From an uncultured delta proteobacterium (GTDB lineage Bacteria; Desulfobacterota; Desulfobaccia; Desulfobaccales; 0-14-0-80-60-11), in the NCBI GenBank assembly GCA_963841475.1, contig CAWJCT010000002.1, positions 232,766 through 296,765 on the forward strand: 64,000 nucleotides of DNA, written 5' to 3'. The notes beneath the pieces are model-generated. The model searched no databases. It worked only from the letters and a program-made list of their open reading frames with translations, and was not told the DNA's origin. Position numbers and translations under genes: made by a program. Below are positions 10,990-20,968 of this stretch, in pieces (position 1 is the first letter of the stretch; every line of letters starts with the position of its first letter).

Positions 10990-11431
10990 TCACAGGTCCT
11001 GCACCATGGCGGTGCCATAGTGGGCGGCGTACACGGAAACTTCCTGGCTGCTCAACAACGGCTCTTCCCGGATGAGACTGAGGGGTTGCAACTCCAGCCC
11101 CAAATCCTGGTGCCATAAGGCCTTTCTCACCCCTGCCAGGAGCTGGTAAACCCCATCGGCCTCCCGCCGGCCGGCGGCTTCCCCCCGGAGGTGCCTCACC
11201 ATCACCAGGACGGTAAATTCCAGGTTCAGGTCATAGGACGCCAGGGTCACCTGCTCCCCCCGGCTCTGGCGCAACTGCACTAAAACCGCCGGAAAGCGCC
11301 AGTACTCCCGGTTGCAGATCGGTCAGCCAGTCTCCCTGGTAAGCGGCCAGGGTCCCGACCTGGGAGTCCAGCTCCGCCTTCAGGGCGGCCAGCACCGCAT
11401 CTTCTACCGTGGTCCAGAGATCGTTGGCCAT
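10990..11431 (-). CDS. Mu gp37-like head-completion protein (DUF1834-like), 1 frameshift
   Basis: MANDLWTTVEDAVLAALKAELDSQVGTLAAYQGDWLTDLQ / REYWRFPAVLVQLRQSRGEQ...FTVLVMVRHLRGEAAGRREADGVYQLLAGVRKAL. Directly follows the gp36 homologue, as in Mu. Confidence 0.6.
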
Positions 11432-11444
11432 AGCCTGCCTCCCC

Positions 11445-11867
11445 TCACCAATCCGCCTGGGTATCCCGGGTGAAGGCCCGGATGGCGCTGGTGGCGTCGG
11501 TCACTTCTTTGGCCACCGTGGGCAGCTCACCTTGCGGCCCTACGATTATCAGCTGTCCCGCCGCCACCTGTTTCAGGAAGGCAACCGCGACATCGCGCTT
11601 TTGCTGCCGCACCACGGGTACGACGCTCCGGCGGGAATAAAGGTGGTAGATGGCCAGGTCCACGGCCAGGGCCTTGACCTGGGCCGGCGCCGCGGCCAGG
11701 GGGACCTCATACTTGACCCCCAGGTAGGAGTCGATCTCGGACTCGGCCTTGCTGATGGCATCAACAATGATGAGGCTGTCGGGGACCTCCCCGGACTCCG
11801 CGGTCAACTCGGCCAGTTCTGACTGGGGTATCATCTTGAGGAGGTCGTCTTCGGAACAATAAGCCAT
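11445..11867 (-). CDS. Mu gp36-like head-tail adaptor (DUF1320)
   Basis: MAYCSEDDLLKMIPQSELAELT...ESEIDSYLGVKYEVPL...ALAVDLAIYHLYSRR...AVAFLKQVAAGQ matches the DUF1320 pattern. Intact. Confidence 0.85.
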   Translation of the reverse strand: MAYCSEDDLLKMIPQSELAELTAESGEVPDSLIIVDAISKAESEIDSYLGVKYEVPLAAAPAQVKALAVDLAIYHLYSRRSVVPVVRQQKRDVAVAFLKQVAAGQLIIVGPQGELPTVAKEVTDATSAIRAFTRDTQADW

Positions 11868-12003
11868 AATCGCCTCTTCGGGTTTTTGGTTTTTTATTTA
11901 AGGGCGCCTCTTCAGTGATTAAGCGCCAAGCTGGGGGGAGATAAAAGGGAACCGGGCAGTATGCTTATCGCTTCTCTCCCTCTTCCCCTTTTCCCCCAAA
12001 TGG

Positions 12004-12339
12004 TTACGGCGTCACCGCCCGCATGATATGCAGGAAGAAATCCTCGCTCTTCTTGATCACTGGTCCGGACCAGGCGCACTTGAGTTCCCCGACGTAGGTC
12101 GCCTCCGGCTGGTCGGTGTCCGCGGTGGTCAGATTTACCGAAACGATGCCGTTGGCCGCCTGGCTCTTGTCGAACTCCTCATCGGCCTTGGCAAAGGTGT
12201 ATTCCGCCTCGGACTTGTCTTTTTTCACCCCCAGAAGCAGCTTCGACTCGGAGAGATCCACCCCGATTCCCAGGGCATCCTTCACCGTAAAGGTGATAGT
12301 CTTGGCTTCACCGGATTTGACCACCAGTTTTTCACTCAT
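12004..12339 (-). CDS. Small beta-rich (Ig-like?) virion-associated protein, 111 aa
   Basis: Intact ORF: KTITFTVKDALGIGVDLSESKLLLGVKK..GIVSVNLTTADTDQPEATYVGELKC, an alternating beta-strand pattern. Confidence 0.4.
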   Translation of the reverse strand: MSEKLVVKSGEAKTITFTVKDALGIGVDLSESKLLLGVKKDKSEAEYTFAKADEEFDKSQAANGIVSVNLTTADTDQPEATYVGELKCAWSGPVIKKSEDFFLHIMRAVTP

Positions 12340-12514
12340 CGTCCATCTCCACTTCCATCACGTCGGCCTCCAGGGCGACTTCCAGGAGTTCCGTGGTCCC
12401 AAGGGCTACATCCATCAGGTCCGCTGGCAATACGGTTATCTCTATCCCCTCGTGAACCATGACCCTGCCTCCCAACAGACCCCAGGAGGCTATCGCTTTT
12501 GCGACTATGGCCAT
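12332..12514 (-). CDS. Small acidic hypothetical protein (60 aa)
   Basis: ORF overlaps both neighbours by a few nt (coupled). No homology recognised. Confidence 0.3.
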   Translation of the reverse strand: MAIVAKAIASWGLLGGRVMVHEGIEITVLPADLMDVALGTTELLEVALEADVMEVEMDDE

Positions 12515-13293
12515 GTCGGGGTGCTCCTCTCGGTAGTGACGCCATTATCGGTAATCGTCCCCGTCACCCCCGGAGTCACCCCGTCGCTCTGATAGGCCGT
12601 GAAGGCCCCCTGCGCCTCGGTGATCACCAGGCGGTTGCAGACGACCCAGAAAAGCTTGCGTACCAGGTCCGCCAGAGAGTTGTCCGGAAAGCTCAGAGCG
12701 TCCGACAGGTCCCCGCCTAAAATATCTCCCAGCGTAAGGTCATTCAGGGCGCCAAGGGCCGCCAGAATCGCGTTTTTGTCAGCCATGGCTTCATCCCGGG
12801 TCGGGGGGTCATAGGAGTTTATGACCGTTAGCATATGGACCTCAAGCCCGGCCTCCAGCGCCAAAGGCGATACTGCCGCAGCCAACTCCGCCTTGGTGGG
12901 CGGATCATATGCGGCCAGGGCGTCCGCCACGTGGCCCTGGACGTTGGCCTCCAGCGCCGGATCCGCCGGCAGATTATCGGTCTTGGCCTTGATTGCCGTC
13001 AGGTCCGTCTGGCTTCCTCTGGTGCTCATCTGGACATCCAGATCGCCATCATGGGGGGTGATCTGTATCACCTTGTAGCGATAGGCAGCCGCCAAAGCTG
13101 CACCGCCATCAACTCGCACCACCAACGCCTCGGAAGGGGTTGCGGTGAACTTGTAGAATCCGCCCCCGATTTCGGATACTGCCGGAGGGGAGGCCACATC
13201 AGACCCATCCGAAACTTTCTTATAAGTGGCGATAGAAGGAGAAAGAGCTGTCCTGGGTACGCCTCCATCGCTAAAGTACACCACGTAAATCAT
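12505..13293 (-). CDS. Fibre-like protein with an internal repeat (262 aa, intact)
   Basis: Repeated AYDPPTKAELAAAV / SYDPPTRDEAMADKNAIL motif with A/L-rich segments, typical of phage fibres. Confidence 0.5.
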   Translation of the reverse strand: MIYVVYFSDGGVPRTALSPSIATYKKVSDGSDVASPPAVSEIGGGFYKFTATPSEALVVRVDGGAALAAAYRYKVIQITPHDGDLDVQMSTRGSQTDLTAIKAKTDNLPADPALEANVQGHVADALAAYDPPTKAELAAAVSPLALEAGLEVHMLTVINSYDPPTRDEAMADKNAILAALGALNDLTLGDILGGDLSDALSFPDNSLADLVRKLFWVVCNRLVITEAQGAFTAYQSDGVTPGVTGTITDNGVTTERSTPTWP

Positions 13294-14968
13294 GCCACTA
13301 CCTCCATGATTCCTAAGGGCATGAGGCCGCCATCAACGGGAAGAAGGTTCAAACGCTGCAAGGCCACTCTCAAATTCAGCTTCCGGTCAATGGTGATCGT
13401 GTCCTGATACGTCTGAAAACCTGCCTTGGTGATGACAATGGTGTAAGGGTTTTTATCTGTTCTGGTCAAATCCCCGGCGGCGATATGATCATCTTCAAGG
13501 GCCGCAGCACGGCTTAATGCTCCGCCCAAGTCCGCGGTCGGAAACAACGCTCTGTTGGTCAGATATCCGGCATCGTAATTGCCCTCGGCGTCCGTATCCC
13601 CGGATGATATCGTAGTTCCCGTATTGTCCTTGATCTCCACGCTCGCCCCAGGGAGAATAGTGTCGTTGCTATCCGAAACCAGCACCTTACAACTGTACTT
13701 AAAGGTTAACGAACCACCTGTGTTCAGAAGTAGGGCCAAATATAGCCAAACTTTACCATCGGTTCGATTATGAGACAAAAAAGTTCCATCGTAGATTGTT
13801 TGATTGTATTGGGTTTTCCAAGCAACGTCGTAACCTGCATACGTTACGGTGGGTTCGTAAGCTATCTGGTTATCGGCGAGACGCAAACCAAGTCCTTCGG
13901 CATCGGTGATCTTCGGGTTCTTTACTATGTGGGTGGCGCTTCCCAGAGCTAAGCCGGAATACCGGCAATTATTTACCTCTGCTGTGCCTAAGGCGGGCCA
14001 GCCATTTGCCACCATGGGAAAATCACAGTCATAGATTATGCTGCCGGCCGATGGATTGAGGTTGATGTTGTTGGCACCACCATTATTGTATTGGAAAAGA
14101 TCAGCGGGAAACCCGGCCCCGCCGATAACATGACTCAGGCCGCAGAGAGACAAAACGCCATTGAGCGTCCCGGTCTGGAAACTAGCCCCATAGTTGATAA
14201 GAAAGGTTCTCTCCCTGGAGTCGGCATCTGCGGTATTGATCACACTGCCAAATTTTATATACGCGGCTTCTGACGAACTCAGCGCCCCCCAGATGGTTAA
14301 AGCACCTGCAAGATGGGTGAAATATCCGGTAGCAGGGGCACCGGTAGCATCATACCCAATGGCAAGGTTGGCCATGGAGCACCAGGTTCCCCCGGGCGCT
14401 TTGTCGCTGCCGAAATCGACAAAGGCCGGGTTTATGGCCGGGAAAACCCTGCCCCACCCCGCGGCAACGTCGGCCAGGTAGATATCCCGCAGGGAAACCC
14501 ATTCATCGGCTCCGGTAGAGACATAGATTACCGGCAAGCCTCCCTTGAAATTGGGAATATAGTGGTCAACATGGTTGCTGCCGGTGTCGGTGTAGGTAAC
14601 GCCTGTAACTCTCCTTGAGATGGTGTCACTTGAGGAGTTCATCATCAAAACCGGGTCGGTGTCGAGAAAGCTGTCTACAGTGTTGCGGAGAATGTGGTAG
14701 CAGTTGCCCTCTACGGATGAAGGACTGTAGCCGGGAATCGCCGTCCAGGTCAGCTTGATTGATTTGCTGGTGGTGGTGGTCGTGATGGAAACCGTGGCAG
14801 TCCGGGGAGAAAAGACGACCACCCCAAATTTAAGTTCGCACGCGAATATCTTGTAGTAATAGGTGGTGTTCGGTGCCAGGGCCCCCCCGCCACCAAAGAA
14901 GGGGTCAGGCCGGTCGGCGCCGCCAAAGAATATAAACCGATGGTCTTTGCCATTGAGATTGCCCTCAT
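13290..14968 (-). CDS. FN3 + beta-helix-like + CarboxypepD_reg-like protein (depolymerase / receptor-binding candidate); compositionally foreign
   Basis: N-terminus LAAPTGLTPSLVAGG/ALAPNTTYYYKIFA (FN3-like; frameshift in a 7-nt G/C run at 14882-14888). A second FN3 starts at SIKLTWTAIPGY. A G/N/S-rich middle follows, then VLVSDSNDTILPGASVEIKDNTGTTISSGDTDAEGNYDAGYL (CarboxypepD_reg pattern). Several 60-nt lines are only 35-48% GC against ~63% in the flanks. Confidence 0.55.
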
Positions 14969-15126
14969 TTCCTCACGTTCAGGTTGGCATCAATAATTCG
15001 TTATTCTTGGAGATCAACTTTTGCCATTGAGGTCAAACAGATGGCAGCTCAATCCCTTCAGTGAATTTCATGGCCTTGCCGTTACCGGAAATCGCTAAGC
15101 CGTTGCCCTGCCTCAGGCCTGAGTCA

Positions 15127-15465
15127 TTAATAAAAATACGTCACCTTCAACACCCCGTTCGTATCGCCGCACCTGATCCCCCGGAATTGCTGGATGGCCT
15201 GGGTGCCGGTGAGCACCAGGGTGTCGCCGTTGGTAAAGTAGTGGCCCAGGCTGGTGCTGGGCAGCCCGCCGTCAATCCGAAACCGGATGTCGCCATTTTC
15301 CGAGGTCACCAGGACCGCCCGGGCGCTCAGTCGCGCGTAAGGTCCCGTGGTCGGCATGATTTTCGTACTTGAAAATCCCACGGCGCTGACTCCCACGCTC
15401 ACTTCTTCGTAATCACCCGGAATCCGGTTGTAGGTCTCTAAAGTGAAGCCGCCAAACCAGGCCAT
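15127..15465 (-). CDS. Hypothetical head-module protein (112 aa, intact; Mu gp35 position)
   Basis: Intact ORF directly after the capsid gene, with native GC. Confidence 0.45.
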   Translation of the reverse strand: MAWFGGFTLETYNRIPGDYEEVSVGVSAVGFSSTKIMPTTGPYARLSARAVLVTSENGDIRFRIDGGLPSTSLGHYFTNGDTLVLTGTQAIQQFRGIRCGDTNGVLKVTYFY

Positions 15466-15570
15466 AAACGTTCCCCCCGCATCTGGATAAAGGGAGGGCG
15501 GCGGTGTCGCCGCCTTCCCGGTAGGACGGGTGTCCCCGCCCGGTGGCGCAGGCGTCCCGCCTGCGAACCT

Positions 15571-16469
15571 TTAGGCCAATTCCGGCACCACCAGGAGATC
15601 GGCCGTGCCCTGCCAGACATTGGTGCGGGCGCCGCCGGTGGTGGGGTCGCCGATGATAAACTGCGCCTGCAAAATCTCCCGGGCCTGGGCCTCCAGGGAC
15701 GGGGGCACCAACAGCAGGTTGGGCGACATCCCCAGGGGACGGCCCTCGGCGTTGGCCACCGACATCATGGCGGCCCGGGCCGTAGCGTAGTTGGTGTCGT
15801 TCAGGGTCTCCTTGCAGGCATAGGCCAGCTGCCACAGGCCATAGGCCGCCGCCCCCCGGTAATCCACGCCGTACCGCATCTTCTTCCGCATGAAGGCGTG
15901 CTCGTCATCCTGCCGGTCCATGCGCACCAGTTGGACGTCCCGCCGCAACTGGAAGATGAAACGGCTTGACCGCGCGGCTGGTGTCCAGAAGGTACCAGGC
16001 GGTGCCGGCGCCGCCGCCGAAGTTGGAGGCGGTCCCGGCCCCCACCGGATGCGTGGTGGCGAAGAAGTTCTGGCCGTCATAGCACGGCTTGGAGAACGCC
16101 CCCCACCATCAGGTCGGCAACCAACTTCTCCGGGTGCTTCCGCGCTTCCTGGGCCAGGGCCGCCACGATGGGATTGTAGAACCCCAGTTGGTCGTCTTCG
16201 ATATCATTCCGGTCCACCTCGATGGTGGCTTCCCAGTCCTTGGTTTCCACCTGGAAGGCCTGGGGTTCCAGAGAGCTGATCTGCCGGTCACCGATCCATT
16301 CCCGGACCATGGGAAAATCCAGGAGGAACTTGTAATCCATAATCCGGGTGGTGGCCGGCACCGTCATGGCCACCCGCTCATACCAGGTCTGGGTCTCCTG
16401 GAAGGCGGCGTTGAACACCGCGGTGAATCCCGTGTACAGCCGGGCTAAACTTTCCATATTGATAATCAT
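15571..16469 (-). CDS. Major capsid protein, Mu gpT family (1 frameshift)
   Basis: MIINMESLARLYTGFTAVFNAAFQETQTWYERVAMTVPATT..MDYKFLLDFPMVREWIGDRQ..IEVDRNDIEDDQLGFYNP matches Mu-like gpT. Continues in ORF 15571-16080. Confidence 0.8.
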
Positions 16470-16483
16470 GAGAGGTTCCTCCG

Positions 16484-16891
16484 TTACCTGGCGATGTCGA
16501 TCCAGCCTTTAGTGGCCGAGACGTATTTGACCAGCAGGCCCACCTTGATGTCATTGGTGGGGCCGGCCGCATCATCAAAGGTGTGGTCATCCGACGCGTA
16601 CATGGCCGCTCCCACCATGGCCTGGCTGATGGACACGGCGTCGAACTCGAAGACCCCGGCCCGCCGCACCCTCACATTCAGGCCGCCGTCACTGCCGCTG
16701 CTGTTGTCCACCTGCTCCATCGCCACCCCGGCGAACCGAAAACCGCTGGTGTCCGCCGCCGGCACGGCATAACCTGAGGCATTGACGCATACCAGGGAAC
16801 CGGCGTAGATTTTGGTGTTGGCTGCCACCAGGTATTCCACTTCAATACCTTCCCGGTAAGGCGTAGCCCGATCACGGGTTAAAGCTGACAT
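16484..16891 (-). CDS. Small head protein (DUF2190-like; decoration/cement candidate)
   Basis: Intact 135 aa with the pattern YAGSLVCVNASGYAVPA..FAGVAMEQVDNS. Lies between the scaffold and capsid genes. Confidence 0.55.
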   Translation of the reverse strand: MSALTRDRATPYREGIEVEYLVAANTKIYAGSLVCVNASGYAVPAADTSGFRFAGVAMEQVDNSSGSDGGLNVRVRRAGVFEFDAVSISQAMVGAAMYASDDHTFDDAAGPTNDIKVGLLVKYVSATKGWIDIAR

Positions 16892-17052
16892 ATCCTTCTA
16901 CCTCCGCTTGTATTGGTTAATCACCTTCAGCCGACAACCTTATCTGCTGATCTCACCTTCAGGGTCTGCGCCGGGCGAGGCGACCGGCGGTCCGGCCATT
17001 GTTTCCCTTGCCGCGCCTGGCCTCCCCCGCCTGAAGGGTCTTGCTGCGGAAA

Positions 17053-18091
17053 CTACCCGATTTGGGCCTTAGCCTTCAGGTAGGCATCCGGAGAAACTTT
17101 CAGGGACCGGCAAACGGCCAGTTCCTCCGGGAGCAAACCTCTCTCCTCATGATGATCCTCCCTGAGGATTTGCAGTTCCTCCCCGGTGGGCACCAGTTTC
17201 GGGGCCCGGTCCGCATAGGTCCGGAAACCTTCCGGGTCCCGGCGGCAATACTCCAGCGCCCAACCGCGTTGGGCCGGGCTGACCTTGCCGGACTGCAAAG
17301 CCTCTTCCACGCACCGGTCGGCCGTTTCTTCGCCAGGCGGACTTTGAGGGCCTGCAATGCCTCTTCGGCCTTGACCAGGCGCGAGGCGCCGGCTTTAAAG
17401 CTTCCACCGCCCCCTTCAGTTGAGCCACGGAAACTTCACCCGGCAGATTCAAGGTCGAGGCCAGGTCCCGGAAGGCCTCCAGCGCCTTGTCGCATACCGC
17501 CCCCTCTTCCACCTCGGAGTTCCAAACCCATCAGGCGTTTGAGTTGTTCCACCATCTTCCGCTTTCTCCTTTACTGAGTCCATTTTTGCCACAAGGGCCC
17601 TGACCACCGGTTCTGCCGGCCGCGGCGTTCCCGGAGGGGTGGCTCCCTCCCCACCTGGCCACCAGGGGCGGCAGGTGCTTGATAGCCGGCACGTTGGTCA
17701 AGCCCACGTGCAGCAGGGCGAGAGGCCGGCGGGTTGCAGGGTCCAGCCGCAGAACGGGCGAGAAGTAACGGTACTCTTTCTTCTCCAGGTAATCCCGGGC
17801 TTGCCGGGTCCAATCCACCCGGGCCCAGAGCCCGTCGCTCCGGGCCTCCAGGTCCTTGATCCAGCCTGCCGCTGGGGCCCGCTCCCCTTGCAAGGATTGG
17901 TGCTCGTAATCGATGACCAGATCCACTCCCCGGGACCGGAAATCTGCCGCCATGGACATTAGCGACGCCTCGTCCACCATGAAGGGTTCCCGCTGGTCCG
18001 ACAACTCCACGGCGCCCCGGGGAAGCACTCTGATCCACTCGGGCAGGACAGGAGTCTGGTCCTGACTTACCGCGTTCGACGTCATCGTCAT
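17053..18091 (-). CDS. Mu gpI-like prohead protease with C-terminal scaffold (gpZ-like) region, about 3 frameshifts
   Basis: LPEWIRVLPRGAVEL..EPFMVDEASL..DLVIDYEHQSL..APAAGWI..YRYFSPVL..LHVGLTNVPAIK matches the Mu-like prophage I protein. Helical scaffold-like tail in ORFs 17147-17512 and 17053-17310. Confidence 0.75.
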
Positions 18092-18257
18092 CTTTCCTCA
18101 CTTTGTGGTTTGCACAAGGGGCCCCGTCGACAGGTCTTCCGTCCCTGGTCCCCTCTCGTAACTCGAGGCATTAGTCCCAACCCGCCCCCCGGCTGCGGAC
18201 CTGATCGTCCCGGGGCCTCTCACCAGGTGGCGCCGACGTCTTCCCGGTTTTGAATCC

Positions 18258-18407
18258 TCAGAATCCGTCACCGTTCCCACAGTCTTGGAAGATCCCGAGC
18301 AGGACCAGGAGGACCGCGAACATACCGCTCATGATCCATTTGGACCAACGCTGTTTCTTGCCCCCGTCGTAGATGATCACGGGGACATCAGGCAAAGTCG
18401 TTTTCAT
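18258..18407 (-). CDS. Tiny single-pass membrane protein (49 aa)
   Basis: MKTTLPDVPVIIYDGGKKQRWSKWIMSGMFAVLLVLLGIFQDCGNGDGF. Overlaps the peptidase stop by 20 nt. Below the 60-aa ORF-track cutoff. Confidence 0.35.
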   Translation of the reverse strand: MKTTLPDVPVIIYDGGKKQRWSKWIMSGMFAVLLVLLGIFQDCGNGDGF

Positions 18408-19185
18408 CCGGGTGCCTCGCCGAAATCAATGCCCAGAAGTCATCACAGAAACCCTGGTAAAAATATTCATAGGGCAGCCACCCTTTGCCCTTATCCCCCC
18501 ATTCTCCCCAACTGTTGATAAATCCGATGGCGCCGGGTGGATCTTGCCAAAAGCCGGACCGCTTGAGATTGGAATAGCCGCAGGTATAAACAGCATGCCC
18601 CCCCACCGGCCGATCCCCGGGTTTGGGCAACGGCACCCAACCGTCTTCTTTCACCTGGTCAATGGAGGGGAACACCGTGAACCCGAAGACCACCGCGAAC
18701 CCGGCCCGGATATACGCCTTGATTTCGGTCAGATCTTTCAGCCTGACATAGCGCAGGGCCGCAAAATTCTGGGCATATGCGGCGGCCACGAAATCAGGCG
18801 CGGCGTCAAAGGTTTCCTCCTTATAGGGCCAGAGGGCTTCCGGCGGCGCTCCCAGTCTCACCAGCGCCCGCATCCCGTCCCGAATACAGGCCCCGGAATC
18901 GCCGCTAAAGCCTCCCAATCTCCTGGCCGCCTTGTAGAGGTAAAGGCGGGACACGGGCGTAGACGCGCCAGTGGTCTTGATGCCGTCGAATTCATAGGCG
19001 CCGGCGATACCATGGGCGACACAAGAACCAAGATGGCCCTGGTCTTTGATCGGGGGAATCCATTTGAAGAAATCCACCTCCGGCGTTTCAGCCGTTGCCT
19101 GAACCCGGCTGGATACCCCGGCGATATCCCCGTGCAGTAAATCCCGGGGGTCGGCATGTTCCTTGCGCCATCCCAGCCCTTTCAC
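18388..19185 (-). CDS. Papain-family (C1) cysteine peptidase, 265 aa, intact, no signal peptide
   Basis: Catalytic motifs in order: IKDQGHLGSCVAHG (Gln/Cys), GGHAV (His), INSWGEWGDKGKGWLPY (Asn/Trp). Confidence 0.8.
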   Translation of the reverse strand: MKGLGWRKEHADPRDLLHGDIAGVSSRVQATAETPEVDFFKWIPPIKDQGHLGSCVAHGIAGAYEFDGIKTTGASTPVSRLYLYKAARRLGGFSGDSGACIRDGMRALVRLGAPPEALWPYKEETFDAAPDFVAAAYAQNFAALRYVRLKDLTEIKAYIRAGFAVVFGFTVFPSIDQVKEDGWVPLPKPGDRPVGGHAVYTCGYSNLKRSGFWQDPPGAIGFINSWGEWGDKGKGWLPYEYFYQGFCDDFWALISARHPDENDFA

Positions 19186-19544
19186 GGCTTGTATCCCCTC
19201 TTCACCGCCATCGCCTGGCTGGCCTGTAAGGCCGTCTTCGCAGCCGTCTCCTGTTCCGCCGGCACGCAGATGCCCGATTTGATTTGTTCAAACACGATTT
19301 TGGCAATCTTGATAGCAGCTATGGCCGCAGCTACTTCGGCGCTGGGGACCAGGGTGCTCATAAAATTCAAGACTGAGTCGGCATTCGCCACAAAGTCAGC
19401 CGCGTCCGCCACCTCCTGCGCGGTGGGGGAACAGAAAGCGCTTTTCAAGGTTTCGCACCCCGCGACTGGACCAATCAACAACCCCAGAACAACTCCGGCG
19501 ATAATCAGATTTTTTCCACTTCTCATCAGCCCCTGCCTCCTCAC
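19182..19544 (-). CDS. Small lipoprotein (120 aa)
   Basis: N-terminal signal with lipobox LIGPVAG|C. The stop overlaps the peptidase start (ATGA). Confidence 0.6.
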   Translation of the reverse strand: MRRQGLMRSGKNLIIAGVVLGLLIGPVAGCETLKSAFCSPTAQEVADAADFVANADSVLNFMSTLVPSAEVAAAIAAIKIAKIVFEQIKSGICVPAEQETAAKTALQASQAMAVKRGYKP

Positions 19545-19599
19545 CTGCTTTGATGCCTTGCCTTCCCCCGGGGTGGGGTAAGGACGGTTAAGCCCCGCA

Positions 19600-20858
19600 T
19601 CAGGCTGCCGATTTCTCCCGCTTCTTTTCCCCCTCGCCGGTCCTCGGCAAGGGGATGCCGAAGCGCTCCGCCACGTGCTCCATATCCAGGGGCAGGCCCA
19701 TGGCCGCCAGGTTCCGGTAAACCTCGGATAGGGTCTTGAGATCCTCTTCCGCTTCGAACCTGAAGCGGAACCAGGGCACGGGCTTGTCCCAGCCGAAGTT
19801 GAATCCCACCAGGGGACGCAGCAATTGTTCCCTCAAGGTATTCGCCAGGGCCTGGGCGTCGGCCTCCACCAAATCCCGGCGCACCTGCGCGTGCACGCTG
19901 GCGGCCGCATAGGTGCCGGTGGACCCCGTCGTATCCGTCGTCAGGGTTTGGCCCAAAACCGCTTTGGACATTTCCCGGTTGCAAAAATCCGCCATGAGCT
20001 GGTACGGGTTGGCCCCGCCGGACCGGGACGCGGCTTCCACAAATTCGATCTCGGTGGACTTGCTGATCACTCCCGCGGCGTCGGAACCCAGGTTCCGGAT
20101 GGCCTGGACCAGGGCCTCCCGGTCCGCCGGGGAGGCCGTGTTGTCATACTTCCCCAGCCTGAGCGGCATGCCGAAGACTTCGTTGAATGCCGCCCAATCC
20201 TTCATGGCAAAATTCTTCAGCAGGTACATCCAGCCCACCACCCGGAGCACTCCCGACCGCGTTGGCGTGGCCGCTTCTGGCCTTGTAGCGGTGGTACATA
20301 ACCTTCCAGACCGGCGGTATAATCCCTTGCCAGCTGGCCTCCGGCGTCAGCAGCCGGGGCTTCCAGTCTTCCCCGAAGGTCACCTTTTTCTGGGGAATCC
20401 ACCGCAGTTCCGCCACCCGGGCCCGGCCGTCCTGTCACCTCCCAGAAGATTTCGCTCAGGGCGAACCCTTTGCCGATGGCGTCCAGCAGGTCCAGAAAGG
20501 CCTCCTCCAGGTTGGGGATGCCGTAGACGATCTCCCCCACCTGCGCCGCAATCCCTTCATCTTCCGGGGTCTCGGCATAGGGCATCACTTCGTAGTCCTT
20601 GCCCAATACCGCCATTTTCCGGGTCTGGAGGATCGCGGTCAGGTGGGCGTCCTTCTCCTCCATCTCCTCAAACAGCTCCATCTGGCGATAAACATTGCCC
20701 TGGTCCGCTTCCCGGAAGATTCCCGCCAGGCGGTTCGGGGTTAACCCGGCGCTGGGGTAAGTGCTCCAGCGTTCTGCCAGGCTCACCGCCGACAATTCCC
20801 GGGTTTCCGGCTTAACCGTTTCTTTAAACAGTCTTCCGAATAAATCCTTCAGCCCCAT
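19600..20858 (-). CDS. Portal protein, Mu gp29 / DUF935 family (about 3 frameshifts)
   Basis: LTPNRLAGIFREADQGNVYRQMELFEEMEEKDAHLTAILQTRK..., then ...DWAAFNEVFGMPLRLGKYD...GSDAAGVISKSTEIEF. Confidence 0.8.
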
Positions 20859-20968
20859 AGTTTCTCCTAACCGTTCACCGCGCCCGGCAAGCCGGGTTCA
20901 AATATGGTTTGGGCAACTTGGTCTCTCTGCACGCCTGTTTACTGCCCACCGCTCACTGCTTACTTTCT

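Noticed and set aside
1-15000. Looked for a diversity-generating retroelement (reverse transcriptase plus template/variable repeat pair) associated with the tail fibre genes
   Set aside because: No RT-like ORF exists anywhere in the window. I found no ~100-bp near-repeat of any fibre gene 3' end. The only internal duplication (4321-4593 versus 6429-6704) is a diverged protein domain, not an A-mutated TR/VR pair.
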